Source: Eledone cirrhosa
Lineage: Eukaryota
Direction of reading: 5' to 3'
NCBI GenBank assembly: GCA_964016885.1
Contig: OZ024745.1
Location: forward strand, 52,390,001-52,454,000
DNA: 64,000 nucleotides
Part shown: piece after piece, positions 26,685 to 38,003 of the stretch
Numbering within the stretch: the stretch's first letter is position 1
Layout: each line of letters opens with the position of its first letter
Notes under the pieces: model-generated
Told to the model about the DNA's origin: nothing
The model's input: the letters and a program-made list of their open reading frames with translations, nothing else
The model's database searches: none
Made by a program: the position numbers and the translations under genes

Positions 26685-26749
26685 TATTTCATTATACATA
26701 TTTCAGGGATACCACATTAAATTATGGTATGCCTTCATCAGACAAAATA
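26685..26749 (-). ncRNA. Type I hammerhead ribozyme, left arm
   Basis: Reverse complement of 27108-27172. Confidence 0.85.
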
Positions 26750-27107
26750 CAATATATAACAGTTTTACAAATAGATTTGACGTACCCTTTAAAATACAAC
26801 CATTACTTTTGGAGGCTGTCTGGATAGTGACTTGTTTATATAATAAGTCATAGTGTTAAGCACAATTAGAAAAAGATGGAGAGAAAGAAAGAGCAAAGAC
26901 AGAGAGAGAGAAAGAAAAGAGAAAGAAAACCTGGAGAAATATCTTTCTCTCTCTCTGTCTTTGCTCTTTCTTTCTCTCCGTCTTTTTCTAATTGTGCTTA
27001 ACACTATGACTTATTATATAAACAAGTCACTATCCAGACAGCCTCCAAAAGTAATGGTTGTATTTTAAAGGGTACGTCAAACCTATTTGTAAAACTGTTA
27101 TATATTG

Positions 27108-27172
27108 TATTTTGTCTGATGAAGGCATACCATAATTTAATGTGGTATCCCTGAAATATGTATAATGAAATA
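27108..27172 (+). ncRNA. Type I hammerhead ribozyme, right arm
   Basis: tattttgt CTGATGA aggcataccata-atttaa-tgtggtatccct GAAA tatgta TA atgaaata; 8-bp helix I including two G-U pairs. Confidence 0.85.
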
Positions 27173-27300
27173 AATATGGTTTTATAAATATAGTTTCCAT
27201 TTATTAATATCGTATATCTACTCCAAAAATGTGTCGAGTGCTTTATATCAGTTATAAAAATATTTACTTGTTGTATCCCAACAACTTTAAATAGAACTTT

Positions 27301-27378
<78 letters not shown>

Positions 27379-27718
27379 TTCATATATACAGAGTGTGTAG
27401 AGATAGTTGAATTTTTTTATGACAGGATAGTGAGTTGCATACTTTATACTGGAGTAATTGGTGTTATAAACACAGTTGTCTGCTATTTAGTTTGTGTTGT
27501 ATATTGAGAGTTTATTAGAGTGTCTATATTATTTAAATATTTTAATCGTATATGGTAAGAAATCAAACAGGGGTTTATTGACTGTATGTAGGTTAGTGTG
27601 GTCTTTTAATTAAGGTGTAGTCCTATATTCATGAAGGTCTAATTTGATAATTTAAAAGGTCGTGGTCTAGTGTATCTCCGACATTGGTCTTTATTTTTAT
27701 TATTATTAGTTATTATTA

Positions 27719-29620
27719 TTAGTTACTAGGTGTGAAGTAGTGGAACGAGAATCTGTGGTAATGTGGACACGCGTAGAAGATCTCTGATTTCCTATTTAGT
27801 AGGCTAAGGTTAGAGTGAATAATATTTCTAGACTCGCAAAGGTTACAAAATTTGTTATGTGGTCTATATGAAGGGGCCTTAGCTATCACTTCCCATTTTA
27901 AGGTGTATGGTATATTACTTGATTTTAATGAGTGCATGTATGTGGATAGTGAGGTTACGTTGCTAAGTTTAGGGGTTTTCTGGACGAATGAAGGTGTGAA
28001 TTACATCTCGTCTTAAAGCTATTTGATGTTGAGCCTATATATACTTTCGAGATGTGATTAGCGGTTACAGTACCGGAGTAGAGAATGTCTTTAATTCGGC
28101 AGTTCTTATTTAATGGACATGTTTTGTTAGACCTACAATTACAGTTGTTTTGGTAACTAGTATACTTGCTAAGGGGATATGCATTTGAGTGGTTGATTCT
28201 GTTTCTACTTCTAGTATTATGATTATGGTGACTATTATTACTATTGGTATTATTAGTGTGACTTGCTGTATGGTCTTGTACTGTGTTATTGTTCAGGTTA
28301 TTTCTATGCTGGACATTATTACTTTGCTGTAATTTGAAGTACTTTTTAATCTTTTTCTAGTTGGTGCTGGTTATATGGTCTGCTATGTTAGGTGTGGTGG
28401 AGTAGGAGATTTTAATTGTAGTTTTTTTAAATAGGTTGTGGTATTTATGGTTATTTGGGAAGTTTTTGTCTAGAGTAGAGAAGAAAGCTTTAGGTATGTT
28501 TGTTGATACATTTAATTTGAACGGAGGATTAAAAAATGTGTTACTTTTTCTATTCTTATTATGGTTGTTATTCATACTACTGTTTAGTGTGGTGTTAGGG
28601 TCCTTCATATCTATATTCTTTTCTTTCTGTCGTTTATCTTAGGATTATTGCTGTGGTGTGATTGTTTATGGTACCCTATCTATGGGAGTCGGGATTTTCA
28701 ATACTATGATCATATTTACTTTTATTCGTGGCCATGTTGTGTGTAATTATATTAGGTTGTTTATGGGTGGTTGACGATTTAGGTTTAAATTTAATTTTAT
28801 CTCGATGGCCGGAACGGGATAAGACTTCATTATAGTTTTGGGAGTTACGATTAAACGTATTCTCCTTGTAGGTAAGGCTAGAGATTCTGTTAGATACCCC
28901 TTTAATGATTGAGGTCAGTACAGATTTAGGGTGGTTAGAGTTGGTATTAACATAGAAAAGTTTTTCATTAGGCTTATGATGAGGTGTATAGTCTTTAGAG
29001 TGTAAGTAGACATTGACGTCCAGGAAATTAACATATTTGCTGTTTTTATCTAAAGCGATACTTAAGTTATAGTTTTTAAACATTTTATGTAATTATTTTC
29101 TAGTTCTTTCTATATTGAACTTTTTATAGTCTAAGCGGAAAAGTGCGTCGTCTCGGTAGAGGTCACCGTTAAGGTAAGGTAGGTTCTTATGTATTTCGTT
29201 TAAGAGAAATAGACCGACTAAGTCTGTTACCTGTGCCGAGTCACTAGATCCCATGTTATTATCGAAGTTGTTTGGTGTATACTTGCGGGTCCATAGTTGG
29301 TCTTCAAATTTAATTATTGTTTTCCTGGCCGCAAGGATTATATCTACCTGAGATCTAGTGAGTTCACTATTGTTCATGGCCATTATTAATGCTTTATTTA
29401 AGAGGATAGGTGAAATAGAGGTGTAGTAGGATTTTATATCAAATTGGATGAATTTCTTATTATTATTTTCATTAATACTATTAGATCATTCGATTACTTC
29501 ACTAGTGTCACAATTTTTTGTTTAATTTGGGGGATTACTTTATCTAAAATCTTGTTACTAATAATACCAATATCGGATCTGGATGGGCAAATAAGTCCAG
29601 TTGAGGGGTTGGTATTGAAG
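27719..29620 (-). pseudogene. Penelope-like element ORF remnant (RT plus GIY-YIG), Hydra-clade-like
   Basis: LICPSRSDIG, FDIKSYYTSI, FDNNMGSSDSAQVTDLVGLFLL, LYRDD, VNFLDV, HKPNEKLFYVNTNSNHP, FFNPPF, CNCRSNKTCPLNKNC, YIGSTSNSFK, FCNLCE...LLNRKSEIFYACPH; multiple stops and frameshifts. Confidence 0.92.
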
Positions 29621-30071
29621 TCATACATGATGAAGTCATACATATTGAAGTCATATATATATATATATATATATACAAAATTAAATTAAATTAAGGGAGT
29701 CATGTACGAGGCAATGAAGATTAATCATTTTTAAAAGGTAATATTTGAAGTTCTAGTTAAATTTTAATTAGTTACCTTCCTAGCGGTGTGTGGTTACACA
29801 CTTTACAAAGTATCCCCTGTGATTGTTTGTTTCAATTGTTTATTTTAAATATATATATATGTCAATCAATTTCTAGTTATATATATATATATATGTATAT
29901 AAATCTACTAAAATATACGGTAGTGTCCAATCCGTATGAAGAACTCAATGTAATCCAAATATCATCAAAATAAGAAGATGTATTCAAAAATGTTCGATGA
30001 AAATCACAGGAAAACAGAGTCAAGATAAATTAATAAAAACAAAGAACAAATCCTTATATTTAAAAAAAATC

Positions 30072-30203
30072 ATCATATTACGATCGTTTCTAGGTTATAT
30101 ATGTGTGTTGATATGTATATCATATAGCTCTATGTAAAAATATTACAAACTATCAGAGGAAATATACATACCTTCACATATATTTGTTGTCTTCAGAAAT
30201 AAT
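30072..30203 (-). ncRNA. Hammerhead-like motif with 99-nt helix II domain (inverted pseudo-LTR)
   Basis: Minus strand attattt CTGAAGA [99 nt] GAAA cgatcg TA atatgat; palindromic helix III. Confidence 0.6.
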
Positions 30204-30444
30204 GAGATTTGTTTATTGAAAAAAATCAACAAAGATTTAATATAATAGGTCTGTTTGGGAACAGGTTTTGAATTGACCCAGAAAATAAGTGGAGTCCTTA
30301 GTGCTAATTTTACATTTATAGACTATGTTATTAATAAGACAATTTCCCTTTAATGGGCAATTTCTTTTGTTCTACAGTTACAACTATTCGTGAATATTAT
30401 ATCAGGGTAGTCAGTGAAATTTAGTGTGGAATTTACTGTAATCC

Positions 30445-32340
30445 TTCTATAAGACTCTAATCCTTCTATAAACCTTATATGCCCTTCCAAATCTGACATT
30501 GGCACCATTAGTGAAAATATTTTCGACAGAATCATCCCACAATTAAGAAAACACGTTAATTTACCACTCTGGGAAAACACATCCTAAGTAATTACCTGGT
30601 TTACTAATATTAGAAATAAATCATCTGCTTCATTTCTACAATTTGATATAGATGCTTATTATTCTTATACTCCTGAACAAAATCTTGATATTTGCCAAAA
30701 ATAGATCAAACATAACTATGTATGACATTAATATTAGCACGCACGCTAGACAAACACTACTGGAATTTCAGAAGGAATACTGGACCAGAAATACATATAG
30801 TAATCTCTTCGACATTACTATGGGCTCTATCGATTCTGCCCAAATTACCGATCTTGTGGGCCTCTTTCTTCTATTTAACATACATTCTTCTTTTCCCCAC
30901 CTTAAAGGTGGTTTATATCGTGATGACTGTCTTCTTCTTTCCACTAATCTTAGCCTACCAGAAATTGAAAAAATAAAAAAACTTATTAGAACTTCCTCAA
31001 AGACTATTATAATCTCACTATTACATTTGAAAACACCAGTAAACTTGTTAATTACCTAGATATAACTTTAGACTTATCTACGGGTATCTACCAACCTTAC
31101 AATAAACCTAACCAAATCTTACATTACATACACTCACACTCCAATCACCCTAGATCTATCCTTAAAAACCTAGCATATAATATCTCACTCAGAATCTCTA
31201 ACCTTTCATCTAACCAGGATGTATTCGATAAAAATAGGCCCTTTTATAACGAAGCTTTAGCTAGAAGCGGCCACAAAAATAATTTAGTCTATATACCTTG
31301 CACCAATAATACTTCAAACATACAACCCGATTTTACCAACAAACACCAAATGAAAAACACACACCTAAATGCCACTCACACTACACCCAAAAGTACCAAC
31401 CTAAAACTATTTTCTCTACCTCTTCTCACATAAAATATAATAACTTTCAAAAAATCATTCATCCTAGTACTCCAATATATGTTAATAACATTACTAACAA
31501 CATTCCTAATAATCAGACTAAAACACCTAAATCAGTTAATCGATATATAATGAATTCACTAATAATAATTCTCTTAGTAAACATCCTGATACATCATATA
31601 AATATAAAAAACCACATCGAAACCGTAATTGACGAGTTACTAGGTATAATGCTCCATTTAATCTACAAATTAAAGATAATATCCCTAAAAACTTTTTACT
31701 ATCCTAGAGAAAAACTTCCCGCTAAACCATAAGTGCCATCAAATTGTAAATAAATCAACTGTCAAATGTCCCTACCAAAAATATACAACAAAATATATGT
31801 GCGTACAACGCATATAAATGTAAAAATCCACCAACACTTCAAACCAACCATAATACTAAAATAAACCGCAACAAACCACCATCTCCTTCAGATATAACAA
31901 GTCGAGTAAATTCCATACCAAATTTGAATAACTCCACTGATATAATATTCACGAATGGTTGTAACTGTAGAAACAAAAGAAATTGCCCATTAAAGGGAAA
32001 TTGTCTTATTAATAACATAGTCTATAAATGTAAAATTAGCACTAAGGACTCCACTTATTCATATATAGGAGCTATGTCTAACCAATTTAATGTAAGATTT
32101 AATACCCACAAACATAGTTTAAAAAATGCCACATTAGCTAATACAACATCATTGGCTGAAACAATTAATAATTATAGAAAAAAGAATATCGATTACAACC
32201 TGAGCTGGAGTGTGCTCAAAAGGGGCACCCCTTATCAAAATAACAGATATGAGTGTAGATTATCCTCCCAGGAACTTTTTGAAATAATGAAATCTAAGGA
32301 AATAAGCGACAAGAATTAATTATATCTTGCAATCATAGAA
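30445..32340 (+). pseudogene. Penelope-like element ORF remnant (RT plus GIY-YIG), Hydra-clade-like
   Basis: LICPSKSDIG, FLQFDIDAYY, FDITMGSIDSAQITDLVGLFLL, GGLYRDD, YNKPNQILHYIHSHSNHP, CNCRNKRNCPLKGNCLINNIVYKC...SYIGAMSNQFNVRFNTH; frameshifted. Confidence 0.92.
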
Positions 32341-33088
32341 CCTTCAAATATTATAAACCTAATTAATATACACCTTACACTTATATGTTACATATTATTA
32401 TAATTATTATTATTATTTTTTATTTATTTAGTTAACCTATAATTAGTACTTTACTACAGAGTACTTCATAATGTTATTTCCCTCTTACAGCTCTCTTTTC
32501 CTAAAATAAATACCTAAAAGTATACATATAAATTAATTTGATTTCCTGTTATGAATCTAGATTCCTTGTAGTCTATATAAGATTGGTATTTCTCACTACT
32601 ACCCTTATCCCAACATTTTATTTCCCTTTGTTTTAAACAACATTATTTAATAACATCTAATTATTATTCATCACATCGATATGAATTAATATAAATTTAT
32701 CCCTATACGTATACCTATCAATTAATTTAATTTCTTGTTATAGATCTAAATTCCTTGTGTTTTAAATAAGATTGGTATTTCTCACTAATACCTTTACCTT
32801 AACATTTTACTCTCCTTCGTTTTAAACATTATTCTTTAATAACATCAAATTTTCGTGTACCATTCACCGGCTTGACCTCTTTTCATCCCCAAAGTATTCT
32901 TTTCATTCAAAGTATTCTTTTCATTCAAAACATAAGTCTGCATTCCTCTACTCCTAAATTAAATTTCTACTACTACTATTCTATCAACTTGACCTCTTAC
33001 TACTTTTCTATTGGTCAATTCAAAACCTGTTCCCACACAGGCATATTATATTAAATCTTTGTTGTTTTTTTTTCAATAAAAAAAACTA

Positions 33089-33230
33089 ATTATTTCTGAA
33101 GACACCGTATATATGTGAAGGTATGTATCTTTCCTCTGATAGTTTGTAATATGTTTACATAGATCTATATGATATACATACCAAAACATATATATATATA
33201 TATATATCCTAGAAACGACCGTAAAATGAT
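33089..33230 (+). ncRNA. Hammerhead-like motif with 109-nt helix II domain in the 3' pseudo-LTR
   Basis: attattt CTGAAGA [109 nt containing tatatatgt..ggtatgtat / atacatacc..acatatata] GAAA cgaccg TA aaatgat; 7-bp helix I; base of helix II does not pair cleanly. Confidence 0.65.
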
Positions 33231-33287
33231 GAATTTTTTAATATAAGGAACTTGTCCTTTGTTTGTATTCATTGTTTTTATTAATAT

Positions 33288-33375
<88 letters not shown>

Positions 33376-33422
33376 TATATATGCATGGTTTGGGCTGTTT
33401 GTATACATATTTATATATATAT

Positions 33423-33466
<44 letters not shown>

Positions 33467-33639
33467 ACTAGAAATTGATTGACATATATATATATATTTT
33501 AAATAAAGACATGAAACAATCACAGGGGATAATTTGTAAAGTGTGTAACCTCAGACTGCTAGGTAGGTAACTAATTAAAGTTTGACTAGAACTTCAAATA
33601 TTACCTTTTAAAAATGATTAATCTTCGTTGTCTCTGACA

Positions 33640-33777
33640 TGACTCCCTTAATTTAATTTAATTTTTGATATATATATCAACTTGGTCATCTTGACCGACC
33701 AGCCTGTCGAGCGACGAGCTGTTTTAGCCATACGATGACGCCATCCAACTGGCTGGGCTGGCAGGCCCGGATATACA

Positions 33778-33818
<41 letters not shown>

Positions 33819-33972
33819 CCCGGCCAGCCCGTCCAGCCAATTGGATGGCGTCATCGTATGGCTAAAACAGCACGTGCTGTGACCAGCGGCGCCGTATGTC
33901 GCTCGATAGGCTGGTCGGTCAAGGTAACCAAGTTGATATATATATCAAAAGTTAAATTAAATTAAGGGAGTC

Positions 33973-33975
<3 letters not shown>
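33640..33975. repeat. GC-rich fold-back palindrome centred on a (TA)n tract
   Basis: gctgttttagccatacgatgacgccatccaa / ttggatggcgtcatcgtatggctaaaacagc; outer arms reuse the PLE end atgactcccttaatttaattt. Confidence 0.9.
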
Positions 33976-34003
<28 letters not shown>

Positions 34004-34090
34004 ACCGTTAAACAAGGTTCAATGAATAAACAAAAGAATGAGTTTTACAATCGATTAGAAGCACTCCACAGGTATGGTTTTCCGGAGTTA

Positions 34091-34309
34091 TTAATATTAA
34101 TTCAAAATATTAACAAAAATAGACATTCGTGTGATCAAGTATATTTTATTATACATATTTCAGAGGTCATCTACTAAGTCAGGGTATGTCATGCATCATC
34201 TTATTTTATCTGATGAGGACGTACTGCTGAAGATATTTCAGTACCTCTGAAATATGTATAATAAAATATATTTGATCACACGAATGTCTATTTTTGTTAA
34301 TATTTTGAA

Positions 34310-34318
<9 letters not shown>
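34091..34318. repeat. Inverted repeat (~75-bp arms) built from the 3' half of a hammerhead unit
   Basis: 34091-34167 is the reverse complement of 34243-34318. Confidence 0.88.
34202..34268 (+). ncRNA. Type I hammerhead ribozyme with intact core
   Basis: tattttat CTGATGA ggacgtactg-ctgaagatattt-cagtacctct GAAA tatgta TA ataaaata. Confidence 0.85.
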
Positions 34319-34342
<24 letters not shown>

Positions 34343-34405
34343 TATATATAGTGAAAGAATGAAGCGTAACATGGTTGGCTGTACAATAAGCAGCTTTATC
34401 TAAAG

Positions 34406-34509
34406 TACTGACAATTGTTTCATTGTTCAGGTGAGTCTAGAGTTCGCTAATCGTTTGAAGTTGGGTCACTCGATCTCCAATACATACCTCTGGTCAACAC
34501 ATCAGAGTA
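34406..34509 (-). ncRNA. Hammerhead ribozyme with 77-nt helix II domain (core A9U); family of 22308
   Basis: Minus strand tact CTGATGT [gttgaccag...ctgaacaat] GAAA caattg TC agta. Confidence 0.7.
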
Positions 34510-35888
34510 GGTAGATATAGAAATAATTCACTCGAGGGAAGACATGTATAGAAAAATAGCGTATAATCAAATCAATAACATCAATAATAAAACACATATG
34601 GTAAATAGGTAGAGAAGTTGCAGGTGTAAAAAGTAAAAAGTAAAAAGTAAAAGATAAGATAGGGTACATTAAAAAAGTAAGAAAATGAGAAAATGGAAAA
34701 TATAAAGAAAGAAATATGGATAGGGGAGAGCATGTAAGTACATAGTATGTTTGTAGTAGTTTTGAGTAAGTGTTCTGATAAAGATTCCTTTGTGGGTTTA
34801 GTGCTAATATGTAACACCAGATTCGAGATGTACATAGATACGTGTAGAGGGTCCGATGTAGTGACAGATAAAAGAAAAAAAACAAGAAATTAGAGATTAA
34901 TTGGGGATATATGTATGAGATTTATGGGCTAGTGGGGAAGGGACGTTTGATAAACGCTTGTTGTAAATATTTTGCTGATTGTTCTATCTTAATGGGGTTG
35001 ATGCTGTTTTCATGTTAGCACTAAACCCACCAAGGAATCCTTATAAAAACTATTGCTTCACCTACTGTAGCTATTCATCCAATTACATGACTTTGTGGCT
35101 CAGACCCATTAGATTGGTGGGCATTTCACCCGGCGAGGTTACCCCCTCCTTGGTTTCCCCGTCCTCCCCAGTCGACTCACATTCCCCCTAAACTAAAAAA
35201 CCTTCCATATCACACCTCCCGAGGAAGAACGTTTTTTTACCACCTCCGTTCAGACTCCTCCACCTCCACCATCTTCCATCTCCCACAAATAATTTACAAA
35301 CACATACGTGGAAAAAAACATACATACATTCATCACGCTCACACACGAAATACACGCACATACACACACACACACACAAACGTACATACTCACATACATA
35401 GAAAGATTTGAAGAAGTCGCATACATACAGAGGAACAGACATGCAGGAGAAAAAAAAAAGAACTCCTAGGCATACTCACACTAGTGTGCATTCAGTAACA
35501 ATATATGCGTGCGAGACATGAACCTCCTCTCACACAAACTGGAGCTATAATGCACACCTACCAATTTCATTTCAACGCTTTACACACAATCGCGCTCATG
35601 ACATACCTGGACCATCCATTTAGCCCCAACCCAGAATTCCGCAAAACTCCTTCCCGCATCATCCAAACCTAATCATCTTTACTTAATCTTTTCTAAACAT
35701 TCAGGTACCTAACTTTTCCAAACGCCCACCTGCCTACCCGATCTCACCCTATCCTATACAAACACTCCATTTCCGGATGAAGAACTTACCTCCGAATCGT
35801 TGAACCCTCCTCTACTTCCTCTAAGCGTAAACCGAATAAGAATTCATAATTCTGCGTCCTTGTGTTTGTTAGTTTTTATTTGTTCAAT

Positions 35889-35934
<46 letters not shown>

Positions 35935-36027
35935 TGTGTGTGTGTTTATAGCGGGTTCAATCGTCGGGGGTAACCACTGCAAGTAAGGTACTCAATACAT
36001 AGCAGAGTATACATTTTTAATATAGAA

Positions 36028-36216
36028 ATAGCTTCTACAGGACTAGAACTGTTTCCTTCAAAGAAATTATCAGGAAATCTTACCCCCGGCATCATCCAAA
36101 CCTAGAAAAGATGAAGTAAAGATTTTAAGTTTGGGTGATGCGGGGGGGGGGGGGGGGGGGTAAGATTTCTTGATGATTTCCTTCGAATGAAACAGTTCTA
36201 GTCCTGTAGAAGCCAT
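36028..36216. repeat. Inverted repeat with decayed hammerhead-like motifs in both arms
   Basis: gcttctacaggactagaactgtttc / gaaacagttctagtcctgtagaagc; arm consensus gatttc CTGATGA tttc....gaa. GAAA cag TT. Confidence 0.75.
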
Positions 36217-37963
36217 ATATATATATATATATAAATATATATATCCATGATTGAAACTGTTGTAAAATTGGTGGTTTCACCAAGTGAAACATACTTACTC
36301 AACGCTCCAGGCAAACAAATATCTAGAAAATTAGAAACGATACACTAATTTCACGAAATCTTTAGAATTCGGTGTTTCTCTATTGGAGACTTCTAGAGCA
36401 TGAATATATGAAATACTGTTCAGTAGAGAGGGACGTTAATAATTATCTCACTTAAAAACAATAACTTAAAATAATTCGACCAGTAACAATCAAGTAATAA
36501 CCTCATCATTTCCAAACATATATAATATATACTAGAAATACTAGAAATCATTATCAAACATATACACTTCTTCACACAGCCATTCCAGATTTTTTGTTTC
36601 AATGAGACGCACAAAAGTTTAATCTTATATGTTCAGAGTGTGTGTATATATGAGTGCGCGTATTTTTGTTGTTGTTTTTTTTATGTGTGCGTGTGATTTT
36701 TTTTTTTTTTTTCTATTTAGATATACAAATGATTATCAAAATGTGAGTCATACATTGATATCTCAAACGTTCATTTGTTCCTTGCATAATCCCAGTTGGA
36801 GGAAGGAGTCTCTCATGATCATACATATCTAATGTATAATTGCACGCTGTTATATACTTTTATTTTTAATAAAACGAAATAACACAACATGCGAATGGGA
36901 GTAACATTTGTTTAATATATTCACAATGTATGCCGGAGTCTAAATTTGATTTATTATTATAAATTGGTATATTTAGTGAAAAGGCGATATGTTAAATTAA
37001 ATAATGCTATACATAAAATGCTAAAAGATATTATTATATGAATGCTGCTATCATGATTGTGCCCTTTCTCTTGAGATGCAGAGATAATTAAAATGTGCAT
37101 TCAATTAAATATTTCGATATCCTAGAAACTACTTTGTGCATATGCACACTATTAATGAATATCGCAATTGACTCTAGGCTGTTTTATCTCAAATGTTAAA
37201 ATGTTACACACACATTAATGTATGGGTAGTGAAAACGTTATCAACATACATATCTTGTTTATAGTCGCCCTATGTTATGGGATTTTTGGAAAAAAAAGAC
37301 AATAAACATGAATAAATGTGGTTCATTTAGCTTCAAGCTCTAGCATGAATGATGACATTTTGAATAATATAATTTATATCAATTAGTATGCATAAATCTG
37401 GGTAAGATTTGATAAAAAGAGCACTCGTAAGACACGAATCGCTTAACTGAATGCTCAATAAATTTACGATTACAAATATATCATCTTAAATTGAAATGAA
37501 TTTTAAAAAAGATTGTAACCGAAACATCTCTTAAATGAAATAAAACAACAATAGTTAGAATGTTTATTATTGATGCAAACGGAATTGCAAACTGTCATTT
37601 AATATATTTGTGAAAGTGTCTAATTAATTCTTAAATGTAAAAGTCCAGCAAGAAACGAAATATATAATTTCATGATTTTCCTTCATATAAAGCAAAGAAC
37701 GCCTTTATTCTCTTTAACTAAAACATAGAGGGGAGGAAAATATTCAGTTCACACTTTAAATTTTTATGATTTTTTTTATTTTTATAGAATTAGAATTTGC
37801 GTTTGTTTACATGCAGCAATAACACCTTATGGGTGTTACACTAGTGGCAGTAAGCCCCCCACCCCAACCCTACCAGTCGGTTTCATTCTACTGTATTATG
37901 CGTTTGCATGTATGCATATGTGTATGTACGTATAGAGCATTACACACACACACATACACACAT

Positions 37964-38003
<40 letters not shown>

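Larger units (their letters stand above)
26641..27217. repeat. Fold-back palindrome, ~275-bp near-identical arms, one hammerhead per arm, flanked by (TA)n
   Basis: 26641-26915 is the reverse complement of 26942-27217 with very few mismatches. Confidence 0.95.
29678..33668 (+). mobile_element. Penelope-like element with inverted 5' copy of its own 3' end (inverted pseudo-LTR structure)
   Basis: 29678-29880 inverts 33466-33668; 30040-30280 inverts ~33005-33280; 30286-30404 inverts ~31936-32057. Confidence 0.88.

Noticed and set aside
27719-32340. Intact autonomous PLE or a domesticated RT gene
   Set aside because: Both ORFs are 5'-truncated and broken by several stops and frameshifts
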